From Octopus sinensis (taxonomy: Eukaryota): a stretch of 64,000 nucleotides of DNA. Location: assembly GCF_006345805.1 (NCBI RefSeq), contig NC_043009.1, positions 9,548,001 through 9,612,000 on the forward strand. Reading direction: 5' to 3'. Position 1 is the stretch's first letter, and every line of letters starts with the position of its first letter. Below the pieces are notes generated by a model. The model saw only the letters and a program-made list of their open reading frames with translations, made no database searches and had not been told where the DNA came from. This document shows, one piece after another, positions 12,984 through 25,316 of the stretch. Made by a program: the position numbers and the translations under genes.

Positions 12984-13079
12984 GCCGTGAACTGTGTGAA
13001 AAGGAAAAAGTTACACCTCAAATAGTATCTAATTGGTTCAATAACCGACGTAAAGAAATGAAAAAATTGGCCAAAGAAG
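12984..13079 (+). CDS. HMBOX1: HMBOX1-like exon 4 (homeodomain insertion and recognition helix)
   Basis: gcttttctttcag acceptor, GAAG|gtaat donor, phase 1-1. Encodes GRELCEKEKVTPQIVSNWFNNRRKEMKKLAKE. The 15-aa insertion between helices 2 and 3 equals the HMBOX1 length. Confidence 0.95.
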
Positions 13080-13337
13080 GTAATCTTTTCTAAGATGATT
13101 TCTTCATATTTATCACAAATATTTCCTGGAGACTATTAAACCAATTACTTAGTAAAGAAATGGAATTTTTTTTTTACCCCTGTATATTTACTGCAGCTTT
13201 GCCATTAAAAAGGGCATCAAGCTAAAGAAACCCTGTCAAAACAGACACTGGAGTATGATGCAATCCTTGGGTCCATCAGATCCTCTCAAATCGTCTCACC
13301 CATTCTAGCATCAATATATATATACACACACATATTT

Positions 13338-13417
<80 letters not shown>

Positions 13418-13775
13418 ACATTAAGGTTACTCTGTTAAATGCAATTCTTATTTATTCACATTGTTTTGAATCAATCATGCATTATTTCACAGCTTCAAAA
13501 TTTCAATGATGCGATTATTTTTAGAAAGACATTGTAGAGTAGGTGTGAGAGGCTGGATCTGGCTAGTTTGAACACAAAACGGGAAGAGTGTTTGAGCTGA
13601 TTTAGAAATCAGATGTAGAAAGCATGTCAAAGCAGACCTTGAAGACCATCACAGCCCTCAGGCTCCTGTGAAGCTACCCAACCCGTGCTAGCATGGAACA
13701 TTGATATTGAATGATAATGACGATGACAGCGCTGACAACAACACTAATGACTATTATTATTATTGTTGTTGTTAT

Positions 13776-14325
13776 TCTGAAAGTCTCTCAGATGGTTCTT
13801 AATTACCGATCATTCTTTACTTAAAAGCCAGCAATAACAAATCACCAAAGGTTTCAAGTAGTGCCTTCTCTTGAGGCTCAAAGAGACAATACTCTCCTTA
13901 GAATGCGAGCTGTACCCAACAAGGCTGTCTTCTGGATCACCTCGAGCCTGACAGCAGATCCAATATTCTAAATATGCTTTTCAAAGCCCTTGGAAACTGC
14001 TCCTAATGTTCCACTTACCACCGGTATCACCATTACTTTCCTCATACCCCATAACTTTCCTGTCAGAAACGAGTCTATTTAAAACGGATATCTGTTCCTC
14101 TGTTCTCTCATCACTTCCCTGATCAATAATCTCAACCTCATCCTCGTTTTCTTCCTTTGACTCTACTGCTATAGTTTCACTATCTGCATTCTCTTCCTCA
14201 TCCTTCCGTTCACTGCTGGTCTTACTATCCCTAAACACCCATCTCATGATGCTTTCTAGTTCAACCCTTCATTCTTTCTGATGGCTCTAGCTTGGTCACA
14301 CAGATTTTGTTCACTTAATTCAAAT
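13776..14325 (-). mobile_element. Internally deleted Dong/R4-clade RLE LINE
   Basis: N-terminal motif IFELSEQNLCDQARAIRKNE, an acidic stretch, then C-terminal KLWGMRKVMVIPVVSGTLGAVSKGFEKHI*NIGSAVRLEVIQKTALLGTARILRRVLSL*. (TAA)n-type repeats on both flanks. Confidence 0.8.
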
Positions 14326-14359
14326 ATTATTATTATTATTATCATTATCATCATCATCA

Positions 14360-14405
<46 letters not shown>

Positions 14406-14408
<3 letters not shown>

Positions 14409-14870
14409 GGTGGCGAGCTGGCAGAATCATTAGCACGCTGGGCAAAATGCGTTGCGGCATTTTGTTCGTTTTGATGTTCTGAGTTCAAATTCTGCCAAGG
14501 ATGACTTTGTCTTTCATCCTTTCGGGGTCAATAAATTACATACCAGTTGAGTACTGGGGTCGATGTAATCGACTAGCCCCCTCCCCCAAAGTTTCAGCCC
14601 TTGTGCCTATGGTAGAAAGGATTGTTATTATTAGTATTATTATTATTATTTAGGTAGTGAGCTGGCGAAATCATTAGCATCCTGGATGAAATGCCTAATG
14701 GTATTTCGCCTGTCGCTATGTTCTGAGTTCAAATTCCACTGTGGTCGACTTTGCTGTTCATCCTTTAGGGGTCAATAAATTAAGTACCAGTGAAATACTG
14801 GGATTCATGTAATCAACTAGTCTCCTCCCTGACAATTTCAGGCCTTGTGCCTATAGCAGAAAAGATTATT
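14406..14870 (+). mobile_element. Two tandem family A SINEs separated by (ATT)n
   Basis: Each copy starts aggtggcgagctggc and ends at aaaggattattatt. Confidence 0.85.
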
Positions 14871-15109
14871 ATTATTTACACCTACCAAATTTCAGCTCTA
14901 AAGATTAGGTTAATCTTATGAAAACTTATTAACAATAATTCATGTTGGACATTCAGACATTTAATATTTCTATAAAACTTTTTATATATTGTTTATATAT
15001 ATTTTTTGTATCTTATTGCTTTTTTTTTATTGTATATGAATTCCAATTGTTACATTTATATATTTGTTTTGCAAGATTCTTGATGTGAAATCATGTGTTG
15101 AAACAGACA

Positions 15110-15515
15110 TTGTTGTATTTAGGAAGGGTCATTTTGCCAGTTTAGCCAATAAAAACACACACACTATATATTTGGTGTTACTTTGCTTCAGCGTTATTTA
15201 TTTTTTACATTAATCTTAATCTTATTTCGGCCAGAGTTCTTTCGTCACACTCCTGTGACCTCATTTTGTATTCCTATGAATAGGAATACAAAATACAAAA
15301 TGGTTGATCGTTAGTAAGGAGAGACACACAAATAAGAAAGAAGAAAGCAAAGGACCACTGATGAGATCACAGGAGTGTGACGAAAGAACTCTGGCCAAAA
15401 TAAGATTAAGATTAATGTAAAAAATAAATAACGCTGAAGCAAAGTAACACCAAATATATAGTGCGTGTGTTTTTATTGGCTAAACTGGTAAAATGACCAT
15501 TCCTAAATACAACAA
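15110..15515. repeat. Fold-back repeat with 155-bp arms, intron 4
   Basis: 15110-15264 is the near-perfect reverse complement of 15361-15515. An inner palindrome lies at 15264-15293. Confidence 0.95.
15352..15396 (+). ncRNA. Minimal type I hammerhead ribozyme motif
   Basis: GGACCA-CTGATGA-G(A)TCACA GGAG TGTGAC-GAAA-G AA CTC-TGGCC. All core nucleotides are present; stem I has a 1-nt bulge, stem II is 6 bp, stem III is very short, triplet CUC. Confidence 0.6.
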
Positions 15516-15665
15516 CAATTCCAATTGTGTTAATAATATTTAGTTCAAGAACTGTTTCTAGAGACACAATCAAATTTGGAGGAAGGGTAAGTATAAAATG
15601 GGATACTGTAGCATTCATAGTTTTTTAGTAACATATCTAGTGAAACTTATAATAAGCAACGCTAT

Positions 15666-15893
15666 TTAACCCTTTTGTTACTAACCTGGCTGAAACCGGC
15701 TCTGGCTCCGAGTACAAATGTCTTGTTTTCATAAGTTTTGAATTAAAATCTTCCACCAAACTTTAGTCACAATTTATGTTCCTAACACTAGCTGAATGAT
15801 AACTAAGTTATTTTACTAAAGTTTTTGTTATATTTAAAGTAATTGAAAGAAACACACAGCATCTCAAAATAAATCCAGTAACGAAAGGGTTAA
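15666..15893. mobile_element. piggyBac-type MITE (second family)
   Basis: TTAA ends, TIR cccttttgttact / agtaacgaaaggg. Confidence 0.75.
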
Positions 15894-16032
15894 TCACAAA
15901 TGCATATTTTTTTTATTAAACAAAGAGAGATAATTTCTGTCATTTCACTTAACCTGCTTATGTCCCTTTATTTTATCTATCCTTTTACTTATGTATTCTG
16001 TCTTCCTTTCTCTATTTCTCTCTCTCGGTTAG

Positions 16033-16337
16033 GAGGTCTTGACTGCTCCCAGATCCTGTTGCCAAGCAGAGTACGCCAGAGGTCATACATGATAGATTTG
16101 GAAAACCAGGGAGAAAATACTACAAACGATAGAATATGTACGCCGTCACCAAAACCATCAGAAGGAAATGACGAGCACTCTAGTTTTGCTGCAGATGTTG
16201 CTGCCGTAAACCGAGCAATAAGTGCACTATCAGGTGAACCTCTAGATGGACCAATTCAGGTGAAACAGGAACCTGTAAGTGACAGTGATGAAAAGTCTCA
16301 GTCTTCCCAGCATTCTCTACCAATTGCTGTAGAATGA
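16033..16337 (+). CDS. HMBOX1: HMBOX1-like terminal coding exon (acidic/Ser-rich C-terminus)
   Basis: Long polypyrimidine tract ending ttag at 16032, phase 1, in frame with exon 4. Reads GGLDCSQILLP...SLPIAVE to TGA 16335-16337. Confidence 0.85.
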
Positions 16338-18029
16338 AAAAGAGGCTGCTGTCAATGAAAAAGAGGCTGCTGTCAATAGGAGGAAAAGATTTGAAAAAGA
16401 GGATTTTTTTGACAATGAATTTTTTTTTAATGCATTATTTAGGTTACATACCATAATCATTTGGTGTACAGTTGCACATTGGAAAAGAAAGAAAAAAAAA
16501 AGAGAGGAAGACAGTTTTGAAAAACTACTTTCATCTTGTGTTCTTTTCCCAGTTCATTATATTCTTTTAAATTCATGTTTTACAACATACCAAGATTTTT
16601 TTAAAAAAAAATTCAAGTCAAAGCTATGGGGAGGGTAATATGAGGGTGATGTGAAAATTAAAATTGGAAAGAAAGAAGAAGTGTACTAGAGAATGGAGGG
16701 GGATTTGTGTAAAGAGATCCTAGTAACAGAACATTCCAAAAAAAAAAAAAAGACAGAAAAAGAAAATAAGAATTCAGAAATACAATAATAGAATTGAATT
16801 AAATAATTGAAAAGTAGACATCATCAAATCAAAGAATTAAAAAAAAAAAAAATGTGAGAGAGGAAAGAATTTTTTTTAAAATGTGCAAGTCCCCCTCAAA
16901 ACCTGTTATATATTTTAATCTGCCTGGGAGAATTAGAAAGTTTAAAATTTTCTCTGAGAGTATATAAAAATATACTTTTAAGAAGAAAAGAAATTTAAAA
17001 AAAAATAATAATCATTCAAACAAAACAAACTGAAACTAGTTCAAACTGAAAAAAAAAAAACCTTCATTAGTCTATGTTGTTTTTGATGTTGTTTCATTGT
17101 CAAGATTTTGTCTCTTAACTATAGAAAATCCCCTCTTTTTTTTTTTTTTACATATACGTATGAACAAGTTAATATTTTTTTATTTATTTATATTTTTGTC
17201 AAAATATATCCTTTAATATAGGATATATATTCTATGTCTGTATTTTCTGAGTGGTGCATCTATATATATATTTGAGATGTTTTATTTCAGTTTATGTTTA
17301 ATTTTTTTTTTTTTTTAAAAACACCCAAAATTAAACAAATTAGTATGATGATGTCATTCCATTAGTGAAAATGATTTACAAAAAAAACACCCACAATTAA
17401 ACCTGACCCCTATTTTGAGTATTACGTTTCTCAAGTGATGTTCGACTGAAGACTGGAAATGTTCATCTGGTGGTGTCTGGTCTCTCCTCAAATGAGCCCC
17501 ACAATCAACATTTTGTTGGAGTGTTGAGTATGTTTAACCTTGCTCTCTTACATTGTGTATGTGTGTGTGTGTGTACATTATATATATATATATTAGGTAT
17601 ATATATATAATATGTGTGTGTGTGTGTGTATTGAGAAAGAGTGCTCAATACTTATCTTTATTAATTTACATGCAGCTTCTTGTTTCTGTTAGGTTCTTCA
17701 AGTTGCTTTCACTTGAGGAACGTGGCAGGACTGGAAAGCTTTGTGTCTGATTGTAATGAAACTTCAGCTTTTAATAAACCAAGACACATGCACACACGCA
17801 TACGTATATGTGTGGGTGTGTGTATTTGTGCATGTATTTATGCCTACATGTGTGTGTATGCATATGTATATATATATATATATATATCTGTGTGTGTATG
17901 TGTGTGCGTGCTAGGTATCGTTATAAGACTACCATCGCTCAGGGTTCTGTATGTTATTTCAGTTGACCACTTAGGAGAAGCTATGTCATAATCTCTCAGT
18001 TAAATACTTCTTCAATCTGTTGTTATTAT

Positions 18030-18043
18030 TATTAATATTATTA

Positions 18044-18080
<37 letters not shown>

Positions 18081-18331
18081 TAATTTTCATCATAATCATC
18101 ATCATTAATAATAATAATAATATTAATAGTTATTACATTTAGCCTACTGTCATACACAGCAATGCTGTATGTATTCTGTGAAATGAGCCTATGTTCTGGT
18201 TTCAATTTCCAGTTAAATCTGTTTCACATATGTTGCTAATACCCTAGGTATAGTCATAAACAGCATGATTTCTCAATCAAATCCCTTTTAAAACAAAAAT
18301 TCAAAGCTTTATACCTATGTACAAATTATTA

Positions 18332-18390
<59 letters not shown>

Positions 18391-18430
18391 GCTACTACTA
18401 CTACTATTATTATTATTACTATTATTTAAT
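18030..18430. repeat. (ATT)n trinucleotide tracts
   Basis: Two long tattattat runs, near 18030-18130 and 18325-18430. Confidence 0.85.
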
Positions 18431-18716
18431 ATAACACAGTCAATAATGAGATCAAATCAGTCAGAGCATGATAAAGTCAAGCAATATTAACTAGAGTATT
18501 ATGATGCTTTGATAATTACTCAAATGCACTGTAGAGTATTAATTTGTTGTGAATTAATTTTGTACTGATTTGAATTCCTTTGAATACTCAAGGAAAAATG
18601 TAAATGTAAATTTCAGTTTTGAAATTTTTGAAATTGGAAAGAAAAAAACAAAAATCTAAGTAAAAAAAAAATTGTAAAAATAACTAATTGAATGAATAGC
18701 ATACTAAAGATATAGG

Positions 18717-18719
<3 letters not shown>

Positions 18720-18813
<94 letters not shown>

Positions 18814-19007
18814 TATATACATGTATATATATATACATGTATATATACATATATATATATATATGTGTATATATATATACATATATATGTGTGTATATAT
18901 ATACATGTATATATACATATATATATATGTGTGTGTATATATATACATATATATGTGTGTATATATATATATACATATGTATATATATATACATATATAT
19001 ATGTGTG

Positions 19008-19039
<32 letters not shown>

Positions 19040-19124
19040 CACACATATATATACATACATATATATATGTACATACATACATATATACATATATATACAT
19101 ACATATATATATATATTATATATA

Positions 19125-19163
<39 letters not shown>

Positions 19164-19230
19164 TACATACACACACACACATATATGTAATCATGTAAAC
19201 ATGTGTATACATATATACATACATACATAT
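18720..19230. repeat. Long compound (TA)n/(TATG)/(CA) microsatellite
   Basis: About 510 bp; the source of the spurious IY-repeat ORFs. Confidence 0.95.
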
Positions 19231-20988
19231 TACATCTGCACGCAAGTGAAATGGTGCATTACTTAAAGCAAGAGAATGATTGATAGAGTTGAGGTTACTG
19301 AAATTTTTAACTAAAATCCACGGGTAAAAACTAAACTATTTGATAGACTTAAGGAACCATCTGCTGTCTTCTTTCAGGATAATACAACCTAAATTGCCTT
19401 AGCTTTCCCCCAGCTGAATGCAGGCTAGGCTCTTGCTGGAATTAACTCAGGGACTTATTTCAGAAGAACTAACATATTAACATGAATATATATATTAAAA
19501 AAAGAAAAACCTTTAAAAAAAAGAACATTATTTTCCTTCTTTCTCCCACCCCCCCAACCAAAAAAAAAAAGAAAGAAAACCAAAACAAAAGCAAGAAAAG
19601 AAAAAGCATCTATATATACATGCATTTATCGTACATTTGTATTTGTCTGTTTTTGATTTTTTTTTTTAATCCATCTATTTATTTATTTCGTGTAGTGCCT
19701 GTGTGACTGCACAAATATCTCCATTTTACAGAATGTATATTTTTAATTATATCAGTATATTTTGTTCTTTTTTTACACCTTTCGTCATTGGTTAAACAAT
19801 TTACTACATCAAAAGTGATTTATATTTTCCCTTTTATTCTTGATTATTTTTTTTCTTTTCTCTACTTTTTTTTTTTTTTACAAAACAGCACATGTCAGGT
19901 GAAAGATATTTTTTTTTTTTATGTATGTGTACCTTTAAAAGATTCATGGCTGGTCAAAAATTGATCAGGTGTCAAGTAACCAACCAAAGGGTTTCCAGGT
20001 TTGTATGGTGCCACTAGGCACTTAACACTTACCGGCTTAATCCACCTAACTATCAATAACTGGTATGAGTAGGTACAGCCTTACCACTGTATGCAAAGGA
20101 AGTACTGTAATAATTACAAGTGTTTCATTAACTTTTTATAACTGAGTTAATATTCTTTCTGGATGGGCTTGGCAGGCTGTCTTGCTTTAGTTACACTCAA
20201 TGGAGAAAAAATCTTCAGACGGTACCCCCACATCCCAATTGTTTTTTTGACTCACTCACTTTTGAGAGATTATATTTGAATGTATCTATACATAAATGTG
20301 TGTAAATACAAGCATGTCTATGAGGAATAAGTAAGCTATTATTGGGAAATACTGAGGTGGTGAACTGGCAGAATCATTACTCTGCTGGAAGAAAATGCTT
20401 AGCGGTATTTCTTCCAGCTCTTTGCATTCTGAGTTCAAATGCTACTGAGGTAAATTTTACTTTTCATCCTTTCAGGGTTGATAAAATAAGTTACCAACTG
20501 AGTATCGGTGGGGATCAATGTAATTAACATATTCATTCCTTAAAATTGTTGGCCCTATGCCAAAATTAGAATTATTTGGGAATACTGAATACTTTTCACA
20601 CCAGACAAAAAAAAGCATCTCATCAAAAACATTATGCATGAACTATGATAGCTATTTTGGTTCAGGTTCTATGAGAAGACACTAGGGTTGCTGCAAAATA
20701 TAGTGATGGATAAGCTAATAATATACCAATGCATTTTGAGTTGTGTGTTTAATTTTGTATTCTGAGTTTAATTATTTGCCTTTGACATATTCCATCATGT
20801 AGGGGATTCCTAGTATTTGCAGGTATTAAGTAATCTTAGAGAGTTAAAAAAATGACCTCTTGATATGGAATTATAGAGGAATTTTGGTTAAACAATGTTA
20901 TGGCTAAGATAAAATTTCTGAAAATTTTTTTATGGTGTCTAATGGATTTAGCACTGCCAAGTCTTTGAAAGGCAGGTTTATGATTTGT

Positions 20989-21209
20989 TTAACCCTTTAG
21001 CATTTAAACTGGCCATAACTGGTCTGAATATTCTACCAGTTTTATGTTCAAACTGTCAAAGTCTTCTCTTGACCCTACAATGTCATTCTAAAAATATACA
21101 ATCACTTCATTGAAATCTCAGAGTTACAAGATACTGCATGATTAATTCAAAACTATGTGACTTAAAAAGTATACAAAATTTGATGGTAATCTTAATGCTA
21201 AAGGGTTAA
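20989..21209. mobile_element. piggyBac-type MITE
   Basis: ttaaccctttagcatt ... aatgctaaagggttaa: perfect 16-bp termini including TTAA. Confidence 0.8.
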
Positions 21210-22491
21210 TATCTTGCTAAATTTAATTTTACGGAAGAGAAATAAAAGAAAATTGATACTGTATTGTAACATTATATAATAGGGGCCATTTTATGTAGCG
21301 GCTCTGTGACTTTGAATGTATTTCTAGGATTCCCTAAGAGTAAAATATTTGAAAAATGCTAGTTAAGAACTATTAGAACAATGACTATATAATCATTAAT
21401 TAAAAATCTTTTAAGCCAAGGAACTTAATTTTGCCTGCTCCCATTTGTGTGACCAACAAAATACGGGTACGGAATTTTGCCATTGAGTGCTCAGCAATGG
21501 GAAAAAGGGTTAGCTTTAAAAAGTAACCACCCCAGTAAAACATCCTCCCACCTGTGTTTATGTAAGAGATATTATCTAAGAATGAATACTGCAGTGGTTT
21601 TGGCTTTCTGTGTTGTGCCTGCTTTGGGTATGATACACAGATTGCTGTTATAAAATAAAATTAATAATAATATGTTATAAATATCTTCATTTTAGAATAG
21701 CATGATAGTTCGCTTGTAGCTTCTTGATATAAGTAAATTATTTAAAAATAATATGAAGGGAGCTACTTACAATGTAGCAAAGAGAGAATTAATTGATTTA
21801 AAAAAAAATTTTTTATGTATTTTGAGTGAATCATCTGACTTCAGAGATAAAGCAGTTAATGAATTATTAGAAACCCCAAGATCACTATGGCAATTTCTGA
21901 TTTATAATTGATTGTTTTTTGTCTGTAGATGTGTGATTCACTCATACATAAAGAATTAATGAGCCATTCTCTGTTTGCATTGTAAGAAGCTCACCAACCC
22001 CTGCATCTCCATCTTCATTTCTAAAATTATTCAGGTAATTCACAACTCTGTTATCTCCACCTATTTACAATACCATAGAAGTCTTGTAAATATCTGTTAC
22101 CATAGCAACATGATTTGTGTCACTCCGAATTGTAAATGGACAGGTATAACTATTAGGCATATCATGGTGTATTATTTGGATATTGTGATGATGATTTAAG
22201 ATATTATTTTGTTTAAGGATGTGATGTGAGCAGAGAATGATGGGAGCCTATAGAAATAGTGTATTTGAAAAGTATTATTAAACAAATTTATTTGCTGGGT
22301 AATAATAATAATTTGTGCCTTAGAATAGTAGGAAGGTAAATTCCCTGACAGCTGAAACCACAATCCAGTTTTCATTACCATTCGTAACCATTGTTAAATA
22401 TCTGGAAAAACTGTCTAAGATGGGATTCTTTTCTCTATATTCTGAACAGTTTTGATATTTTAACATTTATTATTGTTAGTTTTTCAAAAGC

Positions 22492-22669
22492 AGTGGGGTG
22501 GCAGGACCGTTAGCACACCAGACAAAATGCTTTGCAGCAGTCTGTCCATTCTGAGATCAAATTCTATAGAAGTTGACTTTACCTTTCATCCTTTCAGGGG
22601 TCAATAAAATAAGTACCAGTTGGACACTGGGGTTAATATAATCGACTTACCCCACTCTCCCAAACTTGC

Positions 22670-22722
<53 letters not shown>

Positions 22723-22955
22723 TTTATCATTGTCAAGGCAGCAAGCTAGCAGAATCATTAGCACACCAGACACAAATGCTTAGCGACATTTCAACTGTCT
22801 TTACATTCTGAGCTCAAATTCCACCAAGGTTTGACTTTGCCTTCCATCCTTTCGGGGTCAATAAATTAAGTATTAGTCAAGCATTGGGGTTGATGTAATT
22901 TACCCAAAATCCCCACCCCCCAAAATTGTCAGGTCTTGTGCTTATAGCAGAAATG
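22492..22955 (+). mobile_element. Two tandem family A SINEs with (ATT)n spacer
   Basis: Diverged family A bodies flanking an approximately 50-bp (ATT)n run. Confidence 0.75.
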
Positions 22956-25127
22956 ATTATTGTTTGTCTCATTTGATATTATATATAAAAAAAAAGTGTT
23001 ATCTGATTACTTTTCCTAATTGATGGCATCCATATGGTTAGTCCCTATATCTGGTCAGGGCTTTTTAGGTAATAGTTTGTAGGAAAGCTACACTTTGGTG
23101 GCAAACCACTGTATGATAGCTATTCATATTGAGCTGGAAAGATCAATCAGAATTATCAGATAAAGATAACTACTAATTAAATATATATGATCTTTAAGTG
23201 CCTAGTCGGTAAATGAGATTTAGAGAATTAAATAGGTTTTGGACCCCTCACATATTCAGAAACACATGATCATACACATATGCATGCTTGCATATTAATA
23301 TATTAACATGATTTCTAGAAGAGCAAATAAACATGTTCTGTCTGTCTGTCTCTCTCGCTCTCTCTGTCTCTCTCACACACACATACACACACACTGTCTG
23401 GATGCCTATGTTGATGTTTAATTTAAATACCATAGTATATTTATAGCTATTTCAGAATTACTGTTCAGTAATGTTTTGTCACTTAACACTGTAATGAATA
23501 TTTGATGTGGTACCTCTACGCAGACAACTTCTGTTAAACATCAGCAAAATATATAAAAATGATGTAAAGAAAAAAGAAAAATTAGTGAGTAGGAAATTTT
23601 TTTTTATATATAGTTTAATAAACTACATATTTACAAATAACTTGTCCAAGACATAGAAATTATATACCATTTAACCCAGAAATTGAACTATTATACATAC
23701 ATATATATATTTATATACACACACACATAACATATAAACATGTAAATATTTTCTTTTATTCCTATAATTCTAGCTCCAAAGTTTACATACCATAGATATC
23801 CCTGAAAATCATGATGTATGTATTTCTATTGTATTCCTGACCTTTCTGAAATCCTCAAACTCAAGCTTGTGTAAACATGTGTGCATGCTGGGTGTTTAAG
23901 ATGTTCACTTTGCAATCATGAAATACCTGGAATGATCCCATGGCATGGTACCTTGGATAACTGTTCATTGTCTTCTGTGGCGTCGATTTGATCCATGCCT
24001 TGAGAATACTGAACTTAGGCAGACAGAAACTATATGTAAAGGTAAAGTTACGTTCCCGAGTCATGTTGACTTGTAAGGGCCGGTTTCCATGGCGTGTAAA
24101 TTTCCCACCAAGACGGGATGCTGCTCCTTCACTGGATTACACATTTTGCCAGCTGAGTGGACTGGAGCAATGTGAAATGAAGTGTTTTACTCAAGAACAC
24201 AACACATTACCTGGTCCAAGAATTGAAACCACAATCTTACGATCAATAGTCCAACACCTTAACCATTAAGCCATGCACCTCTACAGACAGAAACTATGCG
24301 AGAAATCCACAGGTTGGTCGGTACCAGTCTTAATTCAAATGACCTAACTTTGTCATACTGTATTGCACTGAGTCTCCTTCAGGATTACTTTAAAGCTACA
24401 AATGTCTGTGGAGTTCTCAACCACTTAAGCTTTCAATCAACAGGTAGTTCATTTGATTAAGAAACTGGAATGTCCTATGTTAGCATATATATTTGTGTAG
24501 ATGTTTGTATGTATATAAATAGATACATGATCATGAGCCTCAGGACTCATCAGGCCAGTTCGCTATTCCCATGACGTGTAAGAGACTGAGCTTACATTAT
24601 CCCCCATGAACAGGACACCACTCTGTCGTCACAGGGTTGCTCATTTACAGCTGAGTGGACTGGGGATTAGTGAAATAAAGTGTTTTGCTCAAAAACACAA
24701 TGCATTCATTACTCAGTCTGGGGGAATCAAAGCCATGGTCTGATGATCACAAATACAACACCCAATACCCAACAACTAGACCACTCACCTTCATAAGTAT
24801 CATGGTGTGTATATAAATATTTGTGAGAGCATTGTAGAATGATGGTGGTTAGCTTTTGTTTCCTTGTCTCAATTTGTCCTTACTTTTGTCCTACATTATT
24901 CTCTGCTGCCAGCTAGATGGAACAGAGAGCTTCAGTGCCTTACATTTATTATAGTATAGTGCTAGTAAGAATATATATGAACTTACAAGATTTTGTTTGG
25001 AAGCTTTTGTGATTATTTCATCTGTCGTTGTACTTTTCTTCTATGTGTACACGTACATGCATTCATCTTCTTGCATACATGTATGTATATATATATGTGT
25101 GTATATGCATGTATGTAGGTATGTATA

Positions 25128-25270
25128 TACGAGGGAGTGCTGAACAGTTCCTGGTTTTAAGGGTATTGCAAAGGGCCTGGTTGGAAGCCCAACTTTCCAA
25201 GTTCTTTTACAAGACCACTGCAATCCTCCTGTATTTTCTTTTATCCAAGGCCTGGAACTTTTCAGTGACC

Positions 25271-25275
<5 letters not shown>
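25128..25275. mobile_element. Short mariner-type MITE
   Basis: tacgagggagtgctgaacagttcc / ggaactttttcagtgaccccttata imperfect TIRs with TA ends. Confidence 0.6.

Positions 25276-25310
<35 letters not shown>

Positions 25311-25316
<6 letters not shown>

Noticed and set aside
15900-16032. N-terminal part of the 145-aa ORF (likewise the starts of ORFs 2981 and 12890)
   Set aside because: Intronic polypyrimidine tract read through in frame; the real exons start at the AG acceptors.
18613-19266. Long ORFs of IY/YI/CV repeats (also 331-666, 31382-31794, 39740-40448, 41103-41537)
   Set aside because: They are translations of microsatellites that happen to lack stop codons; not genes.
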